In this document: piece after piece, positions 1 to 9,383 of the stretch | How positions within the stretch are numbered: position 1 is the first letter of the stretch | How the letters are laid out: each line of letters begins with the position of its first letter | DNA from: Ilumatobacteraceae bacterium | Lineage (GTDB): Bacteria > Actinomycetota > Acidimicrobiia > Acidimicrobiales > Ilumatobacteraceae | Direction: 5' to 3' | DNA length: 42,135 nt | Assembly: GCA_031420675.1 (NCBI GenBank) | Contig: JANONE010000188.1 | Span: forward strand, 1-42,135 | Notes under the pieces: generated by a model | Told to the model about the DNA's origin: nothing | What the model saw: the letters and a program-made list of their open reading frames with translations, nothing else | Database searches by the model: none | Program-made: the position numbers and the translations under genes

Positions 1-664
1 CCAGCGCGTGTGGGCCGACACCGGTCGCAAGGTGGTGCGCGTAGCGCTGGGCGGCAGCCAGCGTGGCCTCGCCGTCGGTTTCCACGCCGGTCCAGAGCCC
101 CCACGACTCTGTCTCGGCGGGCGTGAACACCCGGCCGGAGAACAGCAGGTCGGCGGCGCGGGTGACACCGACGAGCCGGGGCAGCTGCCAGCTCATTCCG
201 TACTCGGCCGGGAGTCCCAGCTTCGGCGCCGCGGTCGTCAGCCTGGCGGCGGCGGCGGCGAAACGCAGGTCGCAGAAGAGCGCCAACGCCAGCCCGACAC
301 CCGCGCCCGCACCGTTGACGGCGGCGATGATCGGGAAGCGCATCGCGAACTGGAACGCGAAGTCGGCATCGAACTCCGGTGCCACGCCGTAGCCCGGCGT
401 CGCCAGCTCGGCGGGGAGCCCGGCTTCGTACGCGCCCCGTTCGGCGTGGCCGGCCAGGGCGGCACTGTCGCCGCCCACGCAGAACGCCGGCGGAGTGCCT
501 GTCACCACCACGGCTCGTACCTCGGGCAGCGCATCGAGATGGGCGAGCACCCATCGGTATTCGCTGTGCATCCGCCCTGTCCATGCGTTGTGACGGTGAG
601 GTCGGTGCAACCACACGGTGGCCACTCGATCGGCGATCTCGAAACGAACAGCTGTCAGCTCCAC
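1..664 (-). CDS. enoyl-CoA hydratase/isomerase (crotonase) family protein; 3' end lies outside the window
   Basis: Absent from the ORF track because it runs off the left edge. My minus-strand translation from GTG (664..662) reads VELTAVRFEIADRVATVWLHRPHRHNAWT...FPIIAAVNGAGAGVGLALALFCDLRFAA...GLPAEYGMSWQLPRLVG. This is the crotonase AAVNG-x-A-x-G-x-G / LPRLVG pattern. The frame stays open to position 2. It starts 32 nt downstream of the cysQ stop on the same strand. Confidence 0.75.
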   Translation of the reverse strand, partial: MELTAVRFEIADRVATVWLHRPHRHNAWTGRMHSEYRWVLAHLDALPEVRAVVVTGTPPAFCVGGDSAALAGHAERGAYEAGLPAELATPGYGVAPEFDADFAFQFAMRFPIIAAVNGAGAGVGLALALFCDLRFAAAAARLTTAAPKLGLPAEYGMSWQLPRLVGVTRAADLLFSGRVFTPAETESWGLWTGVETDGEATLAAAQRYAHHLATGVGPHAL

Positions 665-696
665 GCCGCGCAGGTTACGCGTGCGCCGTGCTCGCG

Positions 697-1458
697 TCAG
701 CTTCGCCGGCTGCCCCGGAGAGCTTCCAGCACCGGCTCGGACAGTTCCTTGCGGCAGACGAGGAAGTCGGGCAGCCAAGGATCGCGAGCGTTGAACACCA
801 TCGGTGAACCATCGATGCGGCTCACGTGCAGACCAGCGGCGAGGGCGACCGCAGCGGGCGCGGCGCTGTCCCACTGGTACATGCCACCATCGTGCACGTA
901 GATGTCGGCCTCGCCGACCACCACTGCCATCGCCTTCGCACCTGCGGACCCGAGGCGGACCGCGTCGCAGCCCAGTGCATTGGCGACGACCACGGCGGCG
1001 TAGGGGTTGCGGCTGCGGCTGGTGATGATGCGTGGGATGTCGCGCTGCTGTGGCGGCACGGTGGGCGCCGGATCGGTGGCGAACACCAGGCCCAGGGCCG
1101 GCAGGCTGACCGCGCCGGCGGCGAAACGGTCGGCCTCCCACAACGCCACGTGCACAGCCCAGTCCGAGCGGCCGCGCTCGCCGAACTCGTTTGTGCCGTC
1201 CAGCGGGTCGACGATCCAGACGCGGTCGGCTTTGAACCGGCGCGGGTCCTCCATGCCTTCCTCGGAGAGCACGGCGTCGTCGGGCCGGGCAGCGGTGAGG
1301 GCTTCCACCAGGAACCGATGGCTGGCGAGATCACCCATGTCCATGACCTGCCACGCCGGCGCCCCGCGACCGCCCAGCTCCTCGCGTACGCCCAGCAACA
1401 GCCGGCCCGCCTCGACGGCGAGGCGAGTGGCCAACGCTACGTCGGTCTCAGTGCTCAT
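697..1458 (-). CDS. cysQ: 3'(2'),5'-bisphosphate nucleotidase CysQ (IMPase superfamily)
   Basis: This is the C-terminal 253 aa of track ORF 697..2121, starting at MSTETDVALATRL (ATG 1458..1456). It carries the motifs WIVDPLDGTNEF and DWAVHVALW. The upstream part of the track ORF is Arg-rich out-of-frame junk. The start forms an ATGA overlap with the upstream gene's stop. Confidence 0.8.
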   Translation of the reverse strand: MSTETDVALATRLAVEAGRLLLGVREELGGRGAPAWQVMDMGDLASHRFLVEALTAARPDDAVLSEEGMEDPRRFKADRVWIVDPLDGTNEFGERGRSDWAVHVALWEADRFAAGAVSLPALGLVFATDPAPTVPPQQRDIPRIITSRSRNPYAAVVVANALGCDAVRLGSAGAKAMAVVVGEADIYVHDGGMYQWDSAAPAAVALAAGLHVSRIDGSPMVFNARDPWLPDFLVCRKELSEPVLEALRGSRRS

Positions 1459-1772
1459 CGGCGACCGGTGCGCATCGCATCGCGCACCAGTTCGCGTACC
1501 TGCTGTTCGTCGGCGCCCTGCGCGACCAGTGCCGACACCTGACTCTCCAGCTGCATGGCCTCGTGCTCTGCCACCGCATCGTCGAAGGCATCGATGCGGC
1601 CCCTGGCAGTGACCGCGCCGTGGGTGAGCAGCGCCACGGCGGCGAAGGTGATGACCAGGCCGATCGTCAGCACAGCACCGGCGTTGTTGCCGTTGACGCT
1701 GGCGATGATGATGCCCGCGATCCCGCCGACGAACACCGCCGCACACGCGCGCGGGATCCAGCGGCGAGCCAT
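1455..1772 (-). CDS. hypothetical small membrane protein (2 predicted TM helices plus a helical C-terminal tail)
   Basis: 105 aa starting at MARRWIPRACAAVFVGGIAGIIIASV... within track ORF 1455..1967. The ATG at 1772..1770 lies 2 nt after the ettA stop (1775..1777). The stop overlaps the cysQ ATG (ATGA at 1458..1455). Confidence 0.6.
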   Translation of the reverse strand: MARRWIPRACAAVFVGGIAGIIIASVNGNNAGAVLTIGLVITFAAVALLTHGAVTARGRIDAFDDAVAEHEAMQLESQVSALVAQGADEQQVRELVRDAMRTGRR

Positions 1773-1774
1773 CG

Positions 1775-3451
<1,677 letters not shown>

Positions 3452-3599
3452 GACGAGATGGCAGGCTAGTGGCGTAAAGGTCTCGGAAGGGCCGTAGCGG
3501 TTGCGACCCGCTGCAGTAGCACAGGGAATTCACGTGGCGACATTGCGGTGGTGCTACGTTCAGATCACTTTGGGATTTCACAGGGAAGGGGTACCGAAA

Positions 3600-4385
3600 G
3601 TGCTCGCAGATTACAACGGTTTCTTCAGTGCCGACAGCCTAGGCAGCTTCGGGTTCCGCTGGCTGCACATCCTGGCGGGCATCGCCTGGATCGGCCTCCT
3701 GTACTACTTCAACTTCGTCCAGGTGCCGGCGTTCGCTCAATTCGAGGCCGAGCCGCACAAGGAGATCGGTGGCAAGGCCCGCCTCATCGCCATCGACAAG
3801 GTGGCACGCAAGGCATTGTGGTGGTTCCGGTGGTCTGCGCTCAGCACGTTCGTGACCGGCATCCTCATCCTCATCGTCACCGAGGATTACTTCGCGAATG
3901 ACTTCGGCAAGCGCGCCGGCGGCATTGCCATCAGTACCGGCATGTTGCTGGGCACGATCATGCTGCTCAACGTGTGGGGCGTCATCTGGCGCTGCCAGAA
4001 GGTGGTGCTTGCCAATGCAGCCAACGTGCTAGCTGGTGGCGCCCCCGACCCCAGCGCCGCGGCAGAGGGCCGCAAGGCCCTCATGGCCAGCCGCCAGAAC
4101 GCGATCTTCTCCGTGAGCATGCTGTTCTTCATGGTCTACAAGGGCCACTCGCTGCGACAGGGCGTGGAAGTCAGCTCCGGCGGCATGATGGCGTTCTGGA
4201 CCATCTCATTGGTGATCATCGTCGTAATGGAGCTCAACGCGCTCGGCATGATGCCGTGGAAGACGGAGGCCAACAAGGGCCTCAACCAGATGTATGACGG
4301 TCCCGGTGTACGCAACCCGCTCGTTGCCGCCTTCGGTCTCTGGATCGTCTTCCTGATCCTCAGCGAAGTCTTCCTGAAGTCTTGA
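3600..4385 (+). CDS. polytopic membrane protein, PuuD N-terminal (urate-oxidase-N)-like domain; no cytochrome c domain
   Basis: Track ORF 3501..4385. I prefer the GTG at 3600, which follows GAAGGGG (about 3585..3591). The motif FRWLHILAGIAWIGLLYYFNFVQVPAF is recalled from the PuuD membrane domain. There are multiple hydrophobic segments and no CxxCH. The family call is from memory only. Confidence 0.55.
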   Translation: MLADYNGFFSADSLGSFGFRWLHILAGIAWIGLLYYFNFVQVPAFAQFEAEPHKEIGGKARLIAIDKVARKALWWFRWSALSTFVTGILILIVTEDYFANDFGKRAGGIAISTGMLLGTIMLLNVWGVIWRCQKVVLANAANVLAGGAPDPSAAAEGRKALMASRQNAIFSVSMLFFMVYKGHSLRQGVEVSSGGMMAFWTISLVIIVVMELNALGMMPWKTEANKGLNQMYDGPGVRNPLVAAFGLWIVFLILSEVFLKS

Positions 4386-4394
4386 TCCGTCCCG

Positions 4395-4427
4395 GCCGTT
4401 CGCGTTCGGGGGGTGAACGCGAACGGC
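4395..4427. terminator. bidirectional hairpin between convergent genes
   Basis: Perfect 13-bp stem GCCGTTCGCGTTC (4395..4407) / GAACGCGAACGGC (4415..4427) with a 7-nt loop GGGGGGT. It sits between the stop at 4383..4385 (+) and the stop at 4433..4435 (-). There is no clear U-tract. Confidence 0.55.
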
Positions 4428-4432
4428 TCCCA

Positions 4433-4822
4433 TTAGGCGACGACGAACTTCGAGTTCATGTTGCTGTGCCCAGGGACCTCGCAGATCACCCGGTATTCGC
4501 CAGCGGCGAGCGTGAAGGTAGCGGTGGAAGTGTCGCCGCTCCGTGAGACTTCCGGCTCCTTGGCCGACTTGTCGATGTCGTTGTTGTCGCCATCGACGAT
4601 GTGCAGGTTGTGCGGCTGGCCGGAGTCGTTGATGAGGGTGACGACCACCTTGCCGTCGGTCGCGGTGGCCGCGTACGACGACTGATCCCACTCGACGCCG
4701 GCCTGCGCCCGCACGACCGCATCGGCGTCGGCCGGAGCCGTGGTGGCGGACGCTGCGTCGCCGCCGCATGCGGCCAGACCGAGGAGAGCGACGGTGAGCA
4801 GCGGTGCGGTGAGCCGGGACAT
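4433..4822 (-). CDS. cupredoxin (azurin/auracyanin-like type-1 copper) lipoprotein
   Basis: 129 aa starting at MSRLTAPLLTVALLGLAACGG (lipobox LAAC; ATG 4822..4820). The copper-ligand pattern is HNLH upstream plus YRVICEVPGHSNM (C-x4-H-x2-M; compare azurin CTFPGHSALM). Confidence 0.8.
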   Translation of the reverse strand: MSRLTAPLLTVALLGLAACGGDAASATTAPADADAVVRAQAGVEWDQSSYAATATDGKVVVTLINDSGQPHNLHIVDGDNNDIDKSAKEPEVSRSGDTSTATFTLAAGEYRVICEVPGHSNMNSKFVVA

Positions 4823-5036
4823 GCGCCGAATTATACAAGTGACAGCTTCGGAAAGGCAACTGGGAACGTGTGCCGAACAACTACCTCGACTGCGTCTCGC
4901 CGGTCGAGTTGGCCCGCCAGCGCGGGCGGCGATCCACGCCGCGGGCGGCAGCACCGAGCTGGTGGAGTGGGGCGAGCGAGTGCGCGCGGCACTTGCGGAA
5001 CCCGACGGTGCGCACCCCGGGGGATGAGTTCGCAAG

Positions 5037-5042
5037 TACGAT
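5037..5042 (+). promoter_or_regulatory. -10-like hexamer TACGAT, 8 nt upstream of the kgd ATG (leaderless or near-leaderless start)
   Basis: The TANNNT hexamer at 5037..5042 is followed by 8 nt and then the ATG at 5051. There is no SD sequence. The same geometry recurs at several genes in this window. Confidence 0.35.
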
Positions 5043-5050
5043 CACCGGCG

Positions 5051-8000
5051 ATGACCACCTCCGAACCCTCGGCTGCGAGCTTCGGCGCCAACTCGTGGCT
5101 CGTCGAGGAGATGTACGAGCAGTTCCGCTCCGATCCCGACTCGGTGAGCGCGACTTGGCGCGAGTTCTTCGACGACTACAAGCCGATGGCTCCGGCGCCG
5201 GCGGCCGCGCCGGCGAGTGCACCGCCTGCCACCAACGGCGTCGCGCCCTCGCCGGCGCCCGCAACGCTCGTCGCCACTTCCTCGCCGGCGGTCGCGCCTG
5301 CTGCTGCCGGCCCGCTCGCAAAAGCGCCCCCGGTAGCGGGCGAGGAGATCGGTGAGCCCATTCGCGGGGCTGGCGTCGCCATCGCCACCAACATGGAGCG
5401 CAGTCTGTCGGTTCCCACCGCCACCAGCTTCCGCAATGTTCCGGCGAAGCTGCTCGAGGTCAACCGGTCGGTGATCAACGGCTATCGCAGTCGCACCGGG
5501 CAGGGCAAGGTCAGCTTCACCCATCTCATCGGCTTCGCCATCGTTCGGGCCATCGCCGACGCGGTGCCCAACATGAACAACTCCTTCGCCGCCGGCTCCG
5601 ACGGCAAGCCGCGGTTGGTGCGCAACGCACACGTCAGCATGGGCCTGGCGGTCGATGTCAGCAAGGCCGATGGCAGCCGCACGTTGGTCGTACCCGTCCT
5701 GCGCGAGGCTGACGCGCTCGACTTCGCCGGCTTCCTTGCCGCCTACGAAGACCTCATCCGCAAGGTGAAGGGCAACAAGCTGGCGGTAAGCGACTTCCAG
5801 GGCGCGACCATCTCGCTCACCAACCCCGGCACGATCGGCACCGTGCAGAGCGTGCCGCGCCTGATGCCCGGCCAGGGCGTGATCGTCGGCGTCGGCAGCA
5901 TCGACTACCCCGCCGAGTTCCAGGGCGCCGACCAGAGCACGCTCGGCTCGCTGGGCGTCAGCAAGGTGGTCACGATCACCAGCACGTACGACCACCGCAT
6001 CGTGCAGGGTGCCGAGAGCGGCATGTTCCTCAAGCGCGTCCACGAGCTGCTGCTCGGCGAGCACTCGTTCTACGACGACGTGTTCCGCAGCCTCGGCGTG
6101 CCGTACGAGGCCGTGCAGTGGCACGTCGACCAGAACCCGGGGAACCGGGAAGAGGCGATGCTGCACAAGCAGATGCAGGTGGCCACTCTCATCCGCGTGC
6201 ACCGTGTGCGCGGGCACCTCATCGCCGACCTCGACCCACTGCGCTGGACGCAGCCGCACATGCCACCGGAGCTGGATCCGGCCACCTACGGCCTCACGAT
6301 CTGGGACCTCGACCGCGAGTTCCTCACCGGCGGGGTGGCCGGCACCGAAAAGCTGAAGCTGGGCGACCTGTTGCACGTGCTGCGCGATGCCTACTGCCGC
6401 ACCATCGGTGTCGAGTACATGCACATCCAGGACTTCGCCGAGCAGCGCTGGATCCAGCGCAAGCTGGAGGGCGCCCACGACGAGTTGTCGAAGGATCGTA
6501 AACGTCGCGTCGTCGAGCGGCTCAACGCCGCCGAGGCGTTCGAGAAGTTCCTCGCCACCAAGTACGTCGGCACCAAGCGCTTCGGGTTGGAGGGCGCGGA
6601 GAGTGCCATCCCCGTGCTCGACCAGGTGCTCACGATGGCAGCCGGCGCCGGCATGGACTCGGCGGTACTGGGCATGGCCCACCGCGGCCGGCTGAGCGTG
6701 CTCGCCAATGTGATCGGCAAGAGCTACGACCAGATCTTCAAGGAGTTCGAGGGTCACGTCGACCCCAGCTCGGTGCAGGGTTCGGGCGATGTGAAGTACC
6801 ACCTGGGTGCGACCGGCACATATGCCGGCCCCAACGGCGAGTCCATCCGTCTCGAGCTCGCGGCCAACCCGAGCCACCTCGAAACGGTCGATCCGATCGT
6901 GCTCGGCACGGTGCGCGCCATCCAGGACAACATCGATCCCCCTGGGTCGTTCCTCTCGCTGCCGGTGCTCATCCATGGCGACGCCGCGTTCGCCGGCCAG
7001 GGCATCGTGGCCGAGTGCCTCGCTATGAGCGACATCGCCGGCTACCGCGTCGGTGGCACCATCCACCTGATCATCAACAACCAGATCGGCTTCACCACCA
7101 GCCCCCAGCACTCACGCAGCTCGCTGTACTGCAGCGACGTTGCCAAGACCGTGCAAGCACCGATCTTCCACGTCAACGGCGACGACCCCGAGGCCTGTGT
7201 GCGCGTGGCCGAGTTGGCGTTCGAGTACCGCCAGCGCTTCCACAAGGACGTCGTCATCGACATGGTGTGCTACCGCCGCTTCGGGCACAACGAGGGTGAC
7301 GATCCCAGCTACACCCAGCCGCTGATGTACAAGGCCATCGCCGAACGGCGGAGCGTTCGCAAGTTGTACGTCGAGGCCCTGGTGAAGCGTGGCGAGCTGT
7401 CGGTGGAGGAAGCCGAGGGCGCCCTCGCCGACTTCCACAACAAGCTGCAGTCCGCGCTCGACGAGACCCGCTCGCATGCTCCCGACCCGGTGAAGGCCGC
7501 CAAGCCGCCCAAGCCGGTGGGCGTGCGGCCGCACGTGGAGACCGGGGTGGCGAGGGCCACGCTCGATTCGATCTTCGATCACTTCACGGCCTACCCCGAA
7601 GGGTTCACACCGCACCCGAAGTTGGCGCGTCAGTTCGCGGCCCGTTCGAAGGCCTACCACGAGCAGGGCGAGACGGATTGGGCCACGGCCGAGCTGCTGG
7701 CGATGGGTTCGCTGGTGGCCGAAGGCACTCCTGTTCGCCTCGCCGGCCAGGACAGCCGCCGCGGCACGTTCAGCCAGCGCCACGCCGCGCTCATCGACTA
7801 CGAGAACGAGCAGTCGTGGATACCGATCGCCACCCTGCCCGGCAGGCAAGCCAGCTTCTGGGTGTACGACAGCCTGCTCAGCGAATACGCGGCGCTCGGT
7901 TTCGAGTACGGCTACGCGCACGAGAACCACCAGGCACTCGTGCTGTGGGAGGCCCAGTTCGGCGACTTCGTCAACGGTGCACAGATCATCATCGACCAGT

Positions 8001-8701
8001 ACATCGTGGCCGCGGAGGACAAGTGGGGCCAGGAGAACGGCCTGGTGCTGTTGTTGCCGCACGGCTTCGAGGGCCAGGGCCCCGAGCACAGCTCGGCGCG
8101 CATCGAGCGCTTCCTCACCCTCTGCGCCGACGACAACATCCAGGTGTGCAACGCCACCACGGCCGCGCAGTACTTCCACCTGTTGCGCCGGCAGGTGCGC
8201 CGCGAGTTCCGCAAGCCGCTCGTGCTGTTCACCCCGAAGGCGCCGTTGCGCATCAAGGAGAGCCGCTCGAAGCTCGCCGACCTCACCCACGGCTCGTTCC
8301 AGGAAGTGCTCGCCGACCCGTTCGTCGCCGACCCGGCGGCCGTGCAGCGCGTGGTGTTCTGCAGTGGCAAGGTCGCGTGGGACGCCATCGCCGAGCGCGA
8401 CAAGCGCAATGCGCCGGTGGCCGTGGTCCGTGTCGAGCAGCTGTACCCCTTCCCGGGCGACCAGATGCGTGCCGTGCTCGACCACTACCCCAACGCCAAG
8501 CAGCTCGTGTGGTTGCAGGAGGAACCCGACAACATGGGCCCGTGGCGCTTCGTAGAGGCTCGCTTCTGGCGAGTGAAGGCGCAGGGCTACGATCTGCGCC
8601 CGGTCACCCGCATCGGCAGCGGCAGCCCCGCCACCGGCAGCAAGGCCATCCATGACCAAGAGCTGGCCGACCTGATGGACGAGACCTTCCAAGACCTCTG
8701 A
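5051..8701 (+). CDS. kgd: multifunctional 2-oxoglutarate dehydrogenase E1 with fused E2-like acyltransferase domain (Kgd/OdhA type)
   Basis: The real protein starts at MTTSEPSAASFGANSWLVEEMYEQF (about 1216 aa). It has an Ala/Pro linker, then an E2-catalytic-like segment (SFTHLIGFAIVRA...DHRIVQGAESG), then the E1 ThDP domain (GMAHRGRLSVLANV, GDVKYHLG, LPHGFEGQGPEHSS). The track ORF start at 4601 is an antisense artefact. ATG 5024 is an alternative start. Confidence 0.9.
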   Translation: MTTSEPSAASFGANSWLVEEMYEQFRSDPDSVSATWREFFDDYKPMAPAPAAAPASAPPATNGVAPSPAPATLVATSSPAVAPAAAGPLAKAPPVAGEEIGEPIRGAGVAIATNMERSLSVPTATSFRNVPAKLLEVNRSVINGYRSRTGQGKVSFTHLIGFAIVRAIADAVPNMNNSFAAGSDGKPRLVRNAHVSMGLAVDVSKADGSRTLVVPVLREADALDFAGFLAAYEDLIRKVKGNKLAVSDFQGATISLTNPGTIGTVQSVPRLMPGQGVIVGVGSIDYPAEFQGADQSTLGSLGVSKVVTITSTYDHRIVQGAESGMFLKRVHELLLGEHSFYDDVFRSLGVPYEAVQWHVDQNPGNREEAMLHKQMQVATLIRVHRVRGHLIADLDPLRWTQPHMPPELDPATYGLTIWDLDREFLTGGVAGTEKLKLGDLLHVLRDAYCRTIGVEYMHIQDFAEQRWIQRKLEGAHDELSKDRKRRVVERLNAAEAFEKFLATKYVGTKRFGLEGAESAIPVLDQVLTMAAGAGMDSAVLGMAHRGRLSVLANVIGKSYDQIFKEFEGHVDPSSVQGSGDVKYHLGATGTYAGPNGESIRLELAANPSHLETVDPIVLGTVRAIQDNIDPPGSFLSLPVLIHGDAAFAGQGIVAECLAMSDIAGYRVGGTIHLIINNQIGFTTSPQHSRSSLYCSDVAKTVQAPIFHVNGDDPEACVRVAELAFEYRQRFHKDVVIDMVCYRRFGHNEGDDPSYTQPLMYKAIAERRSVRKLYVEALVKRGELSVEEAEGALADFHNKLQSALDETRSHAPDPVKAAKPPKPVGVRPHVETGVARATLDSIFDHFTAYPEGFTPHPKLARQFAARSKAYHEQGETDWATAELLAMGSLVAEGTPVRLAGQDSRRGTFSQRHAALIDYENEQSWIPIATLPGRQASFWVYDSLLSEYAALGFEYGYAHENHQALVLWEAQFGDFVNGAQIIIDQYIVAAEDKWGQENGLVLLLPHGFEGQGPEHSSARIERFLTLCADDNIQVCNATTAAQYFHLLRRQVRREFRKPLVLFTPKAPLRIKESRSKLADLTHGSFQEVLADPFVADPAAVQRVVFCSGKVAWDAIAERDKRNAPVAVVRVEQLYPFPGDQMRAVLDHYPNAKQLVWLQEEPDNMGPWRFVEARFWRVKAQGYDLRPVTRIGSGSPATGSKAIHDQELADLMDETFQDL

Positions 8702-8725
8702 TCAACAGCCACCCACGGTCGTGGG

Positions 8726-9358
8726 TCAGGGCTCTGGCGCGAAGCCGAGGAGGGCTTCGAGGTCGGTGATCGCCTGCGCGGCGCTGATGACCTTGATGGT
8801 GGTCATGCCCATCGCGGCGGCCGGCTTGAGGTTGATACCGAGGTCGTCGAGGAAGATGCATTCGTGCGGCCTCACGTCGAGCAGCTCGCACGCGATCTCG
8901 TAGAAGCGCGGCTCGGGTTTGCGCACTCCGACCTTGCTGCTCTCCAACACCTCGTCGAATCGGGCCATGATCGCGCCGATCGCGAGCGACCTCTCATCAG
9001 CGGGCCGATCGCCGAGCACGTTGTTGGTGAGACAGGCCGTCTTGTAGCCGGCGGCCTGCACACGATCGAGCATCGCCACCATCTCGGGGCGGATGTCGCC
9101 CGCCAGCAGGCCGAGTACGTCGGCTCCCGGCACACGGCGGCCACGAGCCTCGGACTCGTCGGCGAACAGCCTGTCGAACTCCCGGCTGTCGATGTCGCTA
9201 CGTTCGAGTTTGGCCCACGCGTTTTCGCGCGGGTTGGTGGCGTTGACGGAACGGATGAAGTCGGCCGGCAGACCATGTTCGATCTCGTAGCGGTTGAACG
9301 CTTCGAACGGGCTGCTGAGGATGACTCCGCCGAGATCCCAGAGGACGGCTTTCTTCAC
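8726..9358 (-). CDS. HAD-superfamily hydrolase (subfamily IA, epoxide-hydrolase N-terminal-like phosphatase)
   Basis: 210 aa with a GTG start at 9358..9356. HAD motifs are present: VLWDLGGVI (DxG variant), CLTNN, KPEPRFYE, FLDDLGINL. Confidence 0.8.
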   Translation of the reverse strand: MKKAVLWDLGGVILSSPFEAFNRYEIEHGLPADFIRSVNATNPRENAWAKLERSDIDSREFDRLFADESEARGRRVPGADVLGLLAGDIRPEMVAMLDRVQAAGYKTACLTNNVLGDRPADERSLAIGAIMARFDEVLESSKVGVRKPEPRFYEIACELLDVRPHECIFLDDLGINLKPAAAMGMTTIKVISAAQAITDLEALLGFAPEP

Positions 9359-9364
9359 CGGCGC

Positions 9365-9374
9365 ATCGTAGGCT
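9365..9374. promoter_or_regulatory. back-to-back overlapping -10-like hexamers (minus TACGAT / plus TAGGCT) in a 25-nt divergent spacer
   Basis: The sequence is ATCGTAGGCT. The minus-strand TACGAT (9370->9365) ends 6 nt before GTG 9358. The plus-strand TAGGCT (9369..9374) ends 9 nt before ATG 9384. Confidence 0.4.
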
Positions 9375-9383
9375 GGACGGGTT

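Noticed and set aside
4601-5050. N-terminal 150-aa extension of the 1366-aa kgd ORF in the track
   Set aside because: The extension is Arg/Gly-rich and lies antisense to the well-supported cupredoxin gene. The recognisable Kgd N-terminus (SFGANSWLVEEMYEQF) begins just after ATG 5051, which also has leaderless-type promoter geometry.
5042-8692. Long minus-strand ORFs (5042..7111, 689 aa; 7112..8692, 526 aa) antisense to kgd
   Set aside because: These are typical high-GC antisense open frames. Their composition is dominated by Arg/Gly/Ala/Val/His and they show no recognisable motifs. They fully overlap a confidently assigned gene.
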